A stretch of 32,000 nucleotides of DNA from an uncultured bacterium. GTDB taxonomy: Bacteria; Margulisbacteria; WOR-1; CAVSGV01. Of the stretch, positions 24,718 to 32,000 are shown in pieces. The stretch covers positions 570,001 through 602,000 of the forward strand of contig OY969425.1 in the NCBI GenBank assembly GCA_963699255.1, read 5' to 3'. A model generated the notes under the pieces. The model saw nothing but the letters and a program-made list of their open reading frames with translations, was not told the DNA's origin and ran no database searches. Within the stretch, counting starts at the first letter, position 1. Each line of letters starts with the position of its first letter. The position numbers and the translations under genes were made by a program.

Positions 24718-26763
24718 ATGCAAAGCACTGACCCGAAAAGAAAAAATATTTTCCAGAATATCGGCTCTTATCTGCCGCGGCAGAGAAGCAACAGGGTCAT
24801 ACTGTATTTCATCATCCTCGCCGCGATACTGAGCGGGCTTTTCCTTCAGATCCTGACGCAGCTGCCGAACGTTGAAACGATAAGCATATTCTCACCCTCC
24901 GAGACAACGGAGATATACGCTTCCGACGGGACCGTCCTTGCCAAGCTCCACAGGGAAGAGAACAGGTACGTGGTCCCGCTTGAAAAGATATCCCCGATAC
25001 TACAGAAGGCCGTCATATCCATAGAGGATGAGAGGTTCTTCCGACACAAAGGGGTTGACCTTCAGGGCGTGGTAAGGGCCGCCGTCACCAATATAGTGAA
25101 AAAAAAGGTTGAAGAGGGCGGAAGCACCATAACACAGCAGCTCGCGAGGAACCTGTTCCTTACCAAGAAAAAATCGATCACCAGAAAAATAGCGGAGATG
25201 GTCCTAGCCCTTCAGATAGAGAGAAGGTATACGAAATCGGAGATACTTGAGCTTTACCTTAACGAGATCTACTGGGGGCATAACGCTTACGGCATCGAGT
25301 CCGCTTCGCTCCTCTACTTTAACAAGCACGCTTCGGACCTTAACCTTTCCGAGGCCGCCGTTCTCGCCGGCATAATAGAGGGGCCCGAAAAATATTCCCC
25401 TTACAAGAACATGGAGGGGGCGAAAATGAGGCAGGCGGCCGTTCTTTCAAAGATGGTCGAGCTCGGATTCATCACGGAGGCGTCCGCGAACGCCGCGAAC
25501 ATCCAGCCTCTGAACCTTTCCACCGAAACGCCGAATAAATACAAGTTCGTCGCGCCGTATTTCACCACTTACGTGATCAACCAGTTAATAGACAAGTACG
25601 GTGAATTCACCGTTTATAACGGAGGCTTAAGGGTGTATACGACCCTTGACCTTAAAAAGCAGAGGGTTGCCGACGAGGTTGTAAAAAAGTTCCTTCAGGA
25701 AGAAGGCGAAACATACAATTTTTCCCAATCGGCCCTGGTGTCGCTTGACCCCAGGACAGGCTATATCCGGGCCATGGTCGGAGGAGCAAGCTTTGAAGCT
25801 TCCGAATTCAACCGGGCATGGCAGTCAAAAAGGCAGCCCGGATCCTCCTTTAAAGCTTATGTATATACCGCCGCCATGGAAATGGGCGTGTCCCCGGGTT
25901 TCATCCTTGAAGATTCACCCGTAACATACGAGGTGCCAGCGGACGAGTGGAACCCCGAGGGCAAGTGGGAGCCGAAGAATTTTGATGAAAAATACAGGGG
26001 CAAGGTAACTCTCCGAACGGCCTTTGAAAGATCGCTGAACATCCCTTCGGTAAAGCTGCTCGACAAGATCGGCGTGGGCAGCGCCATAGATGTCGCGCAA
26101 AGAATGGGGATAAAAAGCCCCCTTAAAAGAAGTCTGGGGCTTACGCTGGGCATATCGGAGGTCAGTTTGCTTGAGATGACATCGGCTTACGGCGTTTTCG
26201 CTAACGGCGGGATCAGGGTGGAGCCGACCGCTATAACAATGATAGAAGGCCCGCGCGGACAGCTGATCTACAAGCATACGATCGTGGAAAAAAGGGCGCT
26301 TAACAAGAACATAGCCGCGGTCATGGTGGACCTGATGCAGGGCGTTCTTCTTCGCGGAACGGGCGTAAGGGGGAATATCGACAGGCCCGCCGGCGCAAAA
26401 ACCGGGACTACCGAGGAATTCAAAGATGCCTGGTTCATCGGATATGTCCCTCAGCTGGTCACAGGCGTCTGGGTGGGCAATGACAATAACGAACCCATGG
26501 AAGGCGTAACGGAAGTGGCCGTAACGCCGAGAATGTGGAAGGCTTACATGTCGAACGTGCTGATGGACGAGCCCATAATAGATTTCCCGAAACCGGAAGG
26601 GCTTGTTGAAGAGAACATCTGCCTGGATTCCGGAAAGATCCCGAACCCTTCCTGCCCGGGAGACAGGATCGTAAAAGCGACCTTCTGGTGGAATGACAGG
26701 CCCACGGAAAAATGCACTTACCATCCGACCACCGAAGCCCTGCCCAGTTACATTACGAGGTAA
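24718..26763 (+). CDS. Class A penicillin-binding protein (PBP1A family: GT51 transglycosylase + transpeptidase)
   Basis: N-terminal TM helix VILYFIILAAILSGLFLQIL. GT51 motifs EDERFFRHKG, GGSTITQQ, RKIAEMVLA, KSEILELYLN. Transpeptidase motifs SSFK (SxxK), SLN (SxN), KTGTT (KTG). Confidence 0.95.
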   Translation: MQSTDPKRKNIFQNIGSYLPRQRSNRVILYFIILAAILSGLFLQILTQLPNVETISIFSPSETTEIYASDGTVLAKLHREENRYVVPLEKISPILQKAVISIEDERFFRHKGVDLQGVVRAAVTNIVKKKVEEGGSTITQQLARNLFLTKKKSITRKIAEMVLALQIERRYTKSEILELYLNEIYWGHNAYGIESASLLYFNKHASDLNLSEAAVLAGIIEGPEKYSPYKNMEGAKMRQAAVLSKMVELGFITEASANAANIQPLNLSTETPNKYKFVAPYFTTYVINQLIDKYGEFTVYNGGLRVYTTLDLKKQRVADEVVKKFLQEEGETYNFSQSALVSLDPRTGYIRAMVGGASFEASEFNRAWQSKRQPGSSFKAYVYTAAMEMGVSPGFILEDSPVTYEVPADEWNPEGKWEPKNFDEKYRGKVTLRTAFERSLNIPSVKLLDKIGVGSAIDVAQRMGIKSPLKRSLGLTLGISEVSLLEMTSAYGVFANGGIRVEPTAITMIEGPRGQLIYKHTIVEKRALNKNIAAVMVDLMQGVLLRGTGVRGNIDRPAGAKTGTTEEFKDAWFIGYVPQLVTGVWVGNDNNEPMEGVTEVAVTPRMWKAYMSNVLMDEPIIDFPKPEGLVEENICLDSGKIPNPSCPGDRIVKATFWWNDRPTEKCTYHPTTEALPSYITR

Positions 26764-26768
26764 AACGA

Positions 26769-28175
26769 ATGATAAAATTCGGCACCGACGGCTGGCGTGC
26801 TGTAATATCCGATGACTTCACTTTTGAGAACGTAAGGATCGTAGCGCAGGCATACTGCAACTATCTGAAAAAGAACGGTCTCCACGGTCAGGGCATAGTC
26901 ATAGGATATGACAACAGGTTCCAGTCCGAGGATTTTGCGTTCGAATCGGCAAAGGTCGCCGCATCCAATAATATAAAGGCTTATCTCACCGGATCGGTCC
27001 CCTCCCCTGTCATATCATTCACCGTTAAGAACAGGTCCCTCGGCGGGGGAATAATGATAACCGCTTCCCACAATCCCTCCCAGTGGAACGGCTTCAAGAT
27101 AAAATCACAGTTCGGATGCTCGGCTTCGGGGCAAACAACAAAAGATATCGAAGCCGAATTGTTGAACGTGAAAGCCCCGGTCATCACTTCGGATCATCCG
27201 GACCTTATCGTGAAGATCGATCCGAAAGAAGATTATTTTACGCACATCTCAAAGTTCGTAGATCTTGCAAAAATAAAGCAGGCCGGCATAAACATTGTGA
27301 TCGATCCCATGCACGGAAGCGCGGCCGGCTATGTGAAGGAGATCCTGGCCAGGAATGGCATCGGCTGCAAGGAAATAAACAGCGCGAGGGACCCGCTGTT
27401 CGGAGGTATAAATCCCGAACCGATCCCTCTGAACCTCGCGGAGCTTTCCGACCTGGTAAAAGACAGCGGCATAACGGATCCCGGTCTGTGGATCGGGCTG
27501 GCAACGGACGGCGACGGCGACAGGATAGGCGGGGTTGACGGGCAGGGTAACTTCCTTACTTCTCACGATATGTTCGTTCTGCTGCTGAAGCATCTGGTGG
27601 AGAACAAAAAACTCTCAGGCTCCGTGATCAAGACCTTCAACATAACGAACCTGGTAGGCATGCTCGCAAGCAAATACAAATTGACCGTCCATGAAACTCC
27701 CATAGGTTTTAAATATATTGCCGACCATATGCTGAAGGAAGATGTCCTGATAGGAGGCGAGGAATCGGGAGGGATCGGGATAAAAGGCCACGTTCCGGAA
27801 CGCGACGGCGTTCTTAATTCGCTATTACTGCTCGAATGCATCGCCTGTTACAAAAAAGACGCGAGAGCCATTTTGAACAGCGTGATGGATGAGTTCGGGT
27901 ACTTTTACTACGACAGGATAGATATCCATCTGACGGAGGAACAAAGGAACAGGGTCAGGTCAAAGCTGGGCGTTCTTAAACCGGGGACCTTTATCGGGGA
28001 AAAAGTAACGGACATGCAGGACCTGGACGGCATCAAGATGTTCCTTGAAGACAGGAGCTGGATATTGTTCAGGCTGTCGGGGACCGAACCCCTTGTCAGG
28101 ATATACTGCGAAGCCACTTCGATCGACAAGGTCAAAAGAATGCTGGGTGAAGGGGAGAAACTGCTGCTGGGCTGA
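26769..28175 (+). CDS. Alpha-D-phosphohexomutase (phosphoglucomutase/phosphomannomutase family)
   Basis: Active-site loop TASHNPSQWNGFK, metal loop ATDGDGDR, sugar loop GGEESGG, phosphate loop RLSGTEP. The start is moved from the ORF-track 26712 to ATG 26769 (MIKFGTDGWRAV, the conserved family N-terminus). GAGG at 26757-26760 sits 8 nt upstream, and the start is 5 nt after the PBP stop. Confidence 0.9.
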   Translation: MIKFGTDGWRAVISDDFTFENVRIVAQAYCNYLKKNGLHGQGIVIGYDNRFQSEDFAFESAKVAASNNIKAYLTGSVPSPVISFTVKNRSLGGGIMITASHNPSQWNGFKIKSQFGCSASGQTTKDIEAELLNVKAPVITSDHPDLIVKIDPKEDYFTHISKFVDLAKIKQAGINIVIDPMHGSAAGYVKEILARNGIGCKEINSARDPLFGGINPEPIPLNLAELSDLVKDSGITDPGLWIGLATDGDGDRIGGVDGQGNFLTSHDMFVLLLKHLVENKKLSGSVIKTFNITNLVGMLASKYKLTVHETPIGFKYIADHMLKEDVLIGGEESGGIGIKGHVPERDGVLNSLLLLECIACYKKDARAILNSVMDEFGYFYYDRIDIHLTEEQRNRVRSKLGVLKPGTFIGEKVTDMQDLDGIKMFLEDRSWILFRLSGTEPLVRIYCEATSIDKVKRMLGEGEKLLLG

Positions 28176-28194
28176 TCACTCAATTGCGGAACCA

Positions 28195-28372
28195 AAGGAA
28201 AAACGGGATATAGGAATATGGGAATATAGTTTGGGGATAATGGAAAAAAGGAATACAGGAAAAGTCCTCAGACAAAAAATCGAGATCTAATTCCATCGAG
28301 TTCTAATTCCCGTATCCCTCATTTCCTAAACCATATCCCTATATCCCCATATTCCCACATTCCAATGATTTC
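28195..28372 (-). repeat. Intergenic palindromic GGRATAT-rich element, copy 2 (inverted relative to copy 1; fills the convergent gap)
   Basis: The reverse complement aligns with copy 1. An identical 17-mer atatggtttaggaaatg links 24548-24564 to rc 28320-28336. An identical 11-mer atccccaaact links 24629-24639 to rc 28228-28238. The arms are about 86-88% identical by eye; the centre differs by an indel/duplication (aattagaactcgatgg aattagatctcgat). Confidence 0.7.
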
Positions 28373-28373
28373 C

Positions 28374-29756
28374 TTACTGCCCCAGTTTCTGCTGTATCTC
28401 TTTCTCAAATTTCTCTTTTTTATCTATCCTCGCCAGCTCAGCCCGCTCTTTTGCCGCGTCGGCCTTGGCTCCGATGTTATCGAATATCTTCTTCAACTCC
28501 GTGTGCATATCCTTGTCATCGCCGGCAATGAGCGACGCCTTCCTGTAGCTCTGGAGCGCCAGATCGTTCTTTTTCAGGCCGTGATAGGCGTCTCCCACGG
28601 CGATCAAAAGGTTCGCGTCGGCGCCGCTGAAATCACCGGCTTTCCCGTATTCCAGAAGGGCGAATTCAGCGTTCCCGGCTCCCTTGTACGCGTCGCCCAG
28701 GAACAGGTGAACATACGGGTTTGACGGATCATCCATGCTCGCCTGATTATAAGCAGCGATCGCTTCATTTATTTTCCCCATAAGGTACAAAGAATTCGCC
28801 TTTATGAGCGGTTCGTTTATCTCAACTTTCTCCTTCTGGCTCAGCTGATACATCCATTTTTTCAGCGCCTGGTCCTGCTTCTCTGCAAGCACTTCCTCGT
28901 TCAGGTCTTTGCCCTTTTCTTTGATCTTTCTGAGCCGCGTATCTTCCACCTGGATGATATGGTAGCCGTAAGAGGTTCTAACGATACCGCTTACCTCTCC
29001 GGGTTTAAGAGAGAACGCCGCTTTTTCAAATTCAGGGACCATCGCTCCGGTCGTAAAGAACCCCAGATCCCCGCCTTTTTTTGCGCTCACCGTATCATCT
29101 GAATATTTTGCAGCCAGGGCAGCAAAACTCTCGCCCTTTTTGATCCTGGAAAGCAGCTCTTCGGCCTTTGCCCTCGCCTCAAGATCGCCTTTTTGGTCCG
29201 CGCTCTTTGGCATGATCAGGATATGCCTTGCTTTTACTTCCCTCAGATCATCGGCCGTTATCGTTACTTCTGATCTTACCTTGTTCATCATTTTTGCGAC
29301 AAGTATCTCTTCCTTTATGTTGTTCCTGAAATCAGAATAATCCTGCCCTATGTTCTTTAACGCGCTTTTCAGAGTGTCCCTGTTCGGGATCTTATTCGCC
29401 TGCATTATCTGATCCACAGCCTGATCTACCTCTCCCCCTCCCACCCTGCAATTCTTTTTCGCGTCATCAAGCATTATCGTGAAATCTATGACCTGCTGCA
29501 GCGCCATGGTCTGGTACAGCATCACATCCTGGGGCTTTTTCCGCCCTTTATCTTTGGACATGATCTTTTGTATCGTTTGTTCCAGTCTTTTGTGGTCGAT
29601 CTCTTTCCCGTTGATCGTGGCTATGGATCCCTTTTTAGGGCTCTCCTGCACGCCCTTTATGCCCCTGTAACTGAGACCGTAAAACATCGTCGCCGCAAAA
29701 AGTACGGCGACAATTATCATTATCGTCTTCATTTTTCTCCTTAAATATGAAAGCAT
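28374..29756 (-). CDS. Membrane-anchored parvulin-type peptidyl-prolyl isomerase (PpiD/SurA/PrsA-like) with a C-terminal TPR-like region
   Basis: N-terminal TM IMIIVAVLFAATMFYGL and a SurA_N-like region. Parvulin core ARHILI..GGDLGFFTTGAMVPEFEKAAFSLKPGEVSGIVRTSYGYHII. C-terminal helical repeats AIAAYNQA.., FALLEYGKA.., LALQSYRKA... SD AGGAGAG (rc of 29763-29769) lies 6 nt upstream of the ATG. Confidence 0.85.
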   Translation of the reverse strand: MLSYLRRKMKTIMIIVAVLFAATMFYGLSYRGIKGVQESPKKGSIATINGKEIDHKRLEQTIQKIMSKDKGRKKPQDVMLYQTMALQQVIDFTIMLDDAKKNCRVGGGEVDQAVDQIMQANKIPNRDTLKSALKNIGQDYSDFRNNIKEEILVAKMMNKVRSEVTITADDLREVKARHILIMPKSADQKGDLEARAKAEELLSRIKKGESFAALAAKYSDDTVSAKKGGDLGFFTTGAMVPEFEKAAFSLKPGEVSGIVRTSYGYHIIQVEDTRLRKIKEKGKDLNEEVLAEKQDQALKKWMYQLSQKEKVEINEPLIKANSLYLMGKINEAIAAYNQASMDDPSNPYVHLFLGDAYKGAGNAEFALLEYGKAGDFSGADANLLIAVGDAYHGLKKNDLALQSYRKASLIAGDDKDMHTELKKIFDNIGAKADAAKERAELARIDKKEKFEKEIQQKLGQ

Positions 29757-29806
29757 GTTTTTCTCTCCTGTCTCACCCCTTCTGTCCCTCGCTTATGCTC
29801 GGGACA

Positions 29807-29829
29807 TCTCCCCCTTAGTAAGGGGGAGA
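29807..29829 (-). other. Perfect 10-bp GC-rich stem-loop in the ftsX / ppiD-like gap
   Basis: tctccccctt (29807-29816) / agt / aagggggaga (29820-29829). It is flanked by an imperfect outer pairing accccttctgt (29775-29785) / acagagggggt (29831-29841). No U-tract follows on the transcribed (minus) strand. Confidence 0.5.
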
Positions 29830-29840
29830 CACAGAGGGGG

Positions 29841-30728
29841 TTAACTGAATTCTTTCAAAGACTTTGAGACTGAAATGTATCCCCCGAGCATTCCAAGAAA
29901 CACTCCCACGCATCCAACGATCAAATACACAGCGATAAGATGTTTCTGGTCGATTATCAGAGGAAGGAACGGCAAAGCCCGCATCGCCTGCACAAGCACC
30001 AGATCATAGGTCATCTTTAAGATCACAAATGAAAATATCGAGCCGATCATACCGATGATCACGCCTTCTATTATAAAGGGCCATTTTATGAAAGTGTTGG
30101 TCGCTCCAACCAGTTTCATTATGGAGATATCTTTTTCTCTCGCTATAACGGTAAGCCTTATCGTATTGATCACAATGAGCAGCGTAGCGACCGAAAGCAT
30201 GCAGACCAATATCAGTCCGCCTATCCTTATGGCGGAGGCAAGGGATTCAACCTGTTCTATCAGCTTGCCGCTGAACCTGACCTCTGATATGGAAGGCATC
30301 ACCGATATCTGCTTCGCGACCGATGCCACAAGCTCCGGTATCTGCACGGTAACATTAAAGGTGTCAGGAAGAGGATTATCGGAAACAGCGTCTTCCAGCT
30401 TCAAGTTCCCGCCGTATTCCTCTTTGAATTTTTTCCACGCATTCTCTTTTGAAATATATTTAACGTCCGCCACGCCGCGCAGCATTGATATCCGGTTAAT
30501 AATGCTGTCGACCTCATATTTATCAAGGGACTTGTCCACATAAGCGGAGACCTGTACGTTGCTGCTAATGCCGCCGATAATGCTCCCGATATTCGCGACG
30601 CCCATCAGGAACACGCCGAAGACAGTAAGGGAAACAATGACCGTTCCCACCGCAACGAAGCTCATGATCCCGCTTCTCTTAAAGCCCGTCCATGCCTCGC
30701 TTACGAAGAACTCGATGCTATTTAGCAC
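29841..30728 (-). CDS. ftsX: Cell-division ABC transporter permease FtsX
   Basis: N-terminal EAWTGFKRSGIMSFVAVGTVIVSLTVFGVFL, a periplasmic domain, then the C-terminal 3-TM FtsX-like core (REKDISIMKLVGATNTFIKWPFIIEG). The GTG start overlaps the ftsE 3' end by 11 nt. Confidence 0.9.
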   Translation of the reverse strand: MLNSIEFFVSEAWTGFKRSGIMSFVAVGTVIVSLTVFGVFLMGVANIGSIIGGISSNVQVSAYVDKSLDKYEVDSIINRISMLRGVADVKYISKENAWKKFKEEYGGNLKLEDAVSDNPLPDTFNVTVQIPELVASVAKQISVMPSISEVRFSGKLIEQVESLASAIRIGGLILVCMLSVATLLIVINTIRLTVIAREKDISIMKLVGATNTFIKWPFIIEGVIIGMIGSIFSFVILKMTYDLVLVQAMRALPFLPLIIDQKHLIAVYLIVGCVGVFLGMLGGYISVSKSLKEFS

Positions 30729-31404
30729 TTCCGTAAACCCCCAGCTGTTCGTCCCTTATTATCCGCCCCGCTTCAAGGGCTATGACGCGTTTTCTCATGA
30801 TATCCACTATGTTCTTATTGTGGGTGGTGACAATGACGGTGGTCCTTCTTTTATTTATCTTGTCGAGAAGGTTGATGATCTCCCAGGAAGTAGCGGGGTC
30901 CAGGTTCCCCGTCGGCTCGTCCGCGATCAGAAGAGGCGGATTGTTCACGATAGCTCTTGCGATGCACGCTCTCTGCTGCTCTCCGCCGGAAAGATCATTT
31001 GGAAAACTGTCCGCCTTTTTCTGCAGGCCCACCAGTTCCAGCGCGAGAGAAACATGCCGCCTTATCATAGACCTTGGATGTCCGACCACCTGCATGGCAA
31101 AAGCTATGTTCTCCCACACGGTCCTCTTCGGCAGAAGCTTGAAATCCTGAAAAACGACGCCCATGTTCCTTCTTAAATAAGGGACCTGATAGGATTTAAG
31201 CTGCCCCACATTGATCTTGTCGATTATCACCTGTCCGGAAGTCGGAAGTTCTTCCCTGTACAGAAGCTTCATAAGGGTCGTTTTCCCCGATCCGCTCGGC
31301 CCGACGATGAAAATGAATTCTTCTTTTCCGATGTGGAGATTTATATCGTTCAGGGCTTCAAAATTATTGTGGTAGACCTTGGAAACGCCAACAAGTTGTA
31401 TCAT
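30718..31404 (-). CDS. ftsE: Cell-division ABC transporter ATP-binding protein FtsE
   Basis: Walker A GPSGSGKTT, signature LSGGEQQR, Walker B LLIADEPTGNLD, H-loop TTH. Its ATG directly abuts the glyA stop (TAGATG). Confidence 0.95.
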   Translation of the reverse strand: MIQLVGVSKVYHNNFEALNDINLHIGKEEFIFIVGPSGSGKTTLMKLLYREELPTSGQVIIDKINVGQLKSYQVPYLRRNMGVVFQDFKLLPKRTVWENIAFAMQVVGHPRSMIRRHVSLALELVGLQKKADSFPNDLSGGEQQRACIARAIVNNPPLLIADEPTGNLDPATSWEIINLLDKINKRRTTVIVTTHNKNIVDIMRKRVIALEAGRIIRDEQLGVYGSAK

Positions 31405-32000
31405 CTATTTATATAAGGGGAATTTGCTGCAAAGCTCTTTAATGCCGGAAGCGACATCCTTTTTCACTTTTTCATCTTCCGGGTTTGAAAGAGTTCTGTT
31501 TATGAACGAGCCGATCATTTTCATCTCATCTTCCTTCATGCCCCGCGTAGTAAGCGCGGGCGTCCCTATCCTTATCCCGGAAGCGACCGAAGCCGCGGCT
31601 GTCTCGAACGGAATGGTGTTCTTGTTCACGGTGATCCCTACAGCGTCAAGAAAAGTTTCCGCCTGCTTGCCCGTAAGATTTTTGTTCCTCAGATCGATGA
31701 GCATAAGGTGGGTATCGGTCCCGCGCGAAACAAGCCTGAAACCGTGTTTCATTAGTTCGTCAGCCAGCGTCTTCGCGTTCTTGATTATCTGCTCCTGATA
31801 TTTTTTGAACTCCGGTTTAAGAGCTTCCCCGAACGCCACCGCTTTCGCGGCGATCACATGCATAAGAGGCCCTCCCTGGCTTCCCGGGAAAACCGACTTA
31901 TTCACCTGTTTGGCATATATTTCAGGGCAAAATATCGCTCCGCCTCTCGGTCCCCTTAATGTTTTATGCGTCGTGGTCGTTACCACGTGTGAACACGGGA
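31405..32000 (-). CDS. glyA: Serine hydroxymethyltransferase, C-terminal part (5' end beyond the window)
   Basis: ..[18 protein letters not shown].. contains the PLP-lysine motif. The frame is open to the window edge. The ORF-track 'M' at 31986 is an internal GTG (Val). Confidence 0.95.
   Translation of the reverse strand, partial: PCSHVVTTTTHKTLRGPRGGAIFCPEIYAKQVNKSVFPGSQGGPLMHVIAAKAVAFGEALKPEFKKYQEQIIKNAKTLADELMKHGFRLVSRGTDTHLMLIDLRNKNLTGKQAETFLDAVGITVNKNTIPFETAAASVASGIRIGTPALTTRGMKEDEMKMIGSFINRTLSNPEDEKVKKDVASGIKELCSKFPLYK

Noticed and set aside
24467-24731. Small ORFs (74 aa on the minus strand, 79 aa on the plus strand) spanning the giant-gene/PBP intergenic region.
   Set aside because: Both strands are open only because the region is a palindromic low-complexity repeat. 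The similar 'peptides' in copy 2 are in a gene tail or out of frame. There is no RBS, and the composition is non-protein-like.
25915-26724. A 269-aa minus-strand ORF (and 25857..26153) antisense to the PBP gene. The same applies to 30559..31176 and 30782..31150 antisense to ftsE/ftsX, 27083..27538 and others within the phosphohexomutase gene, and 28365..28724 and 31379..31798 antisense to the ppiD-like gene and glyA.
   Set aside because: The opposite or alternate frame carries unambiguous conserved-motif proteins. These ORFs are Arg/Pro/Ser-rich with no recognisable motifs, which is typical of shadow ORFs.
26712-26768. Upstream extension of the phosphohexomutase ORF (MHLPSDHRSPAQLHYEVKR..).
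   Set aside because: It overlaps the 3' end of the PBP gene out of frame and has no homology to the family. ATG 26769 gives the conserved MIKFGTDGWR N-terminus and is preceded by GAGG.
24509-28372. Composite transposon or dedicated invertible (shufflon-like) segment defined by the two inverted elements.
   Set aside because: There is no transposase, recombinase or invertase in or near the block. The cargo is core housekeeping (PBP1A, phosphohexomutase). I could not identify target-site duplications. The elements are treated as a dispersed structured repeat instead.
28195-28372. Copy 2 of the palindromic element as a dedicated bidirectional terminator for the convergent genes.
   Set aside because: The same element (copy 1) sits between two divergent gene starts, where termination makes no sense. 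A terminator side-effect at copy 2 remains possible but is not the defining property.
29807-29829. The GC-rich hairpin after ftsX as a rho-independent terminator.
   Set aside because: On the transcribed strand the stem is followed by tgtcccgagcataagc, with no U-tract. The downstream ppiD-like gene is on the same strand only about 50 nt away.

Overview
Bacterial window of about 50% GC, probably from an uncultivated lineage; taxon cannot be determined from the sequence. All family calls come from motifs read by eye, with no HMM or BLAST run, and sub-domain coordinates are accurate to about +/-15 nt. About 76% of the window (1..24459, minus strand) is ONE giant, secreted, hyper-repetitive gene that runs off the left edge. 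From the N-terminus it has a signal peptide, 16 tandem ~41-aa YVTN beta-propeller blades and one bacterial Ig-like domain. At least 13 'beads' follow. Each bead has a DUF1565-like N-cap (WYVDAASPEGNSG..PF.TINSAE..GDEIHV), a right-handed parallel beta-helix of Pmp/PbH1-type coils (GGGIY....sspTIsNCtFtSNsA; about 120 coils by hand count, 3 to 17 per bead), and a conserved C-cap (IIYGN...DPLF..GDVHL..NSPCVN.G...GYGTNP..GD.G.VNMGYHY.GY). Beads are mostly separated by ~110-aa 'TWEASD' Ig-like spacers (10 copies) plus three FN3 domains. The reading frame is broken four times by single-nucleotide indels (about 9899-9903, 3855/3856, 1029 and 42/43). That is why the ORF track shows four large ORFs, plus a fifth fragment at the edge. 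Each break falls in the middle of a domain, so these are not separate genes. The right flank is housekeeping. A class A PBP and a phosphohexomutase form a two-gene plus-strand operon divergent from the giant gene. It converges on a minus-strand glyA-ftsE-ftsX-(stem-loop)-ppiD-like operon. Two inverted copies of a ~175-bp, internally palindromic, GGRATAT-rich intergenic element bracket the PBP-phosphohexomutase pair. I recognised no tRNA, rRNA, CRISPR array, transposase or integrase.
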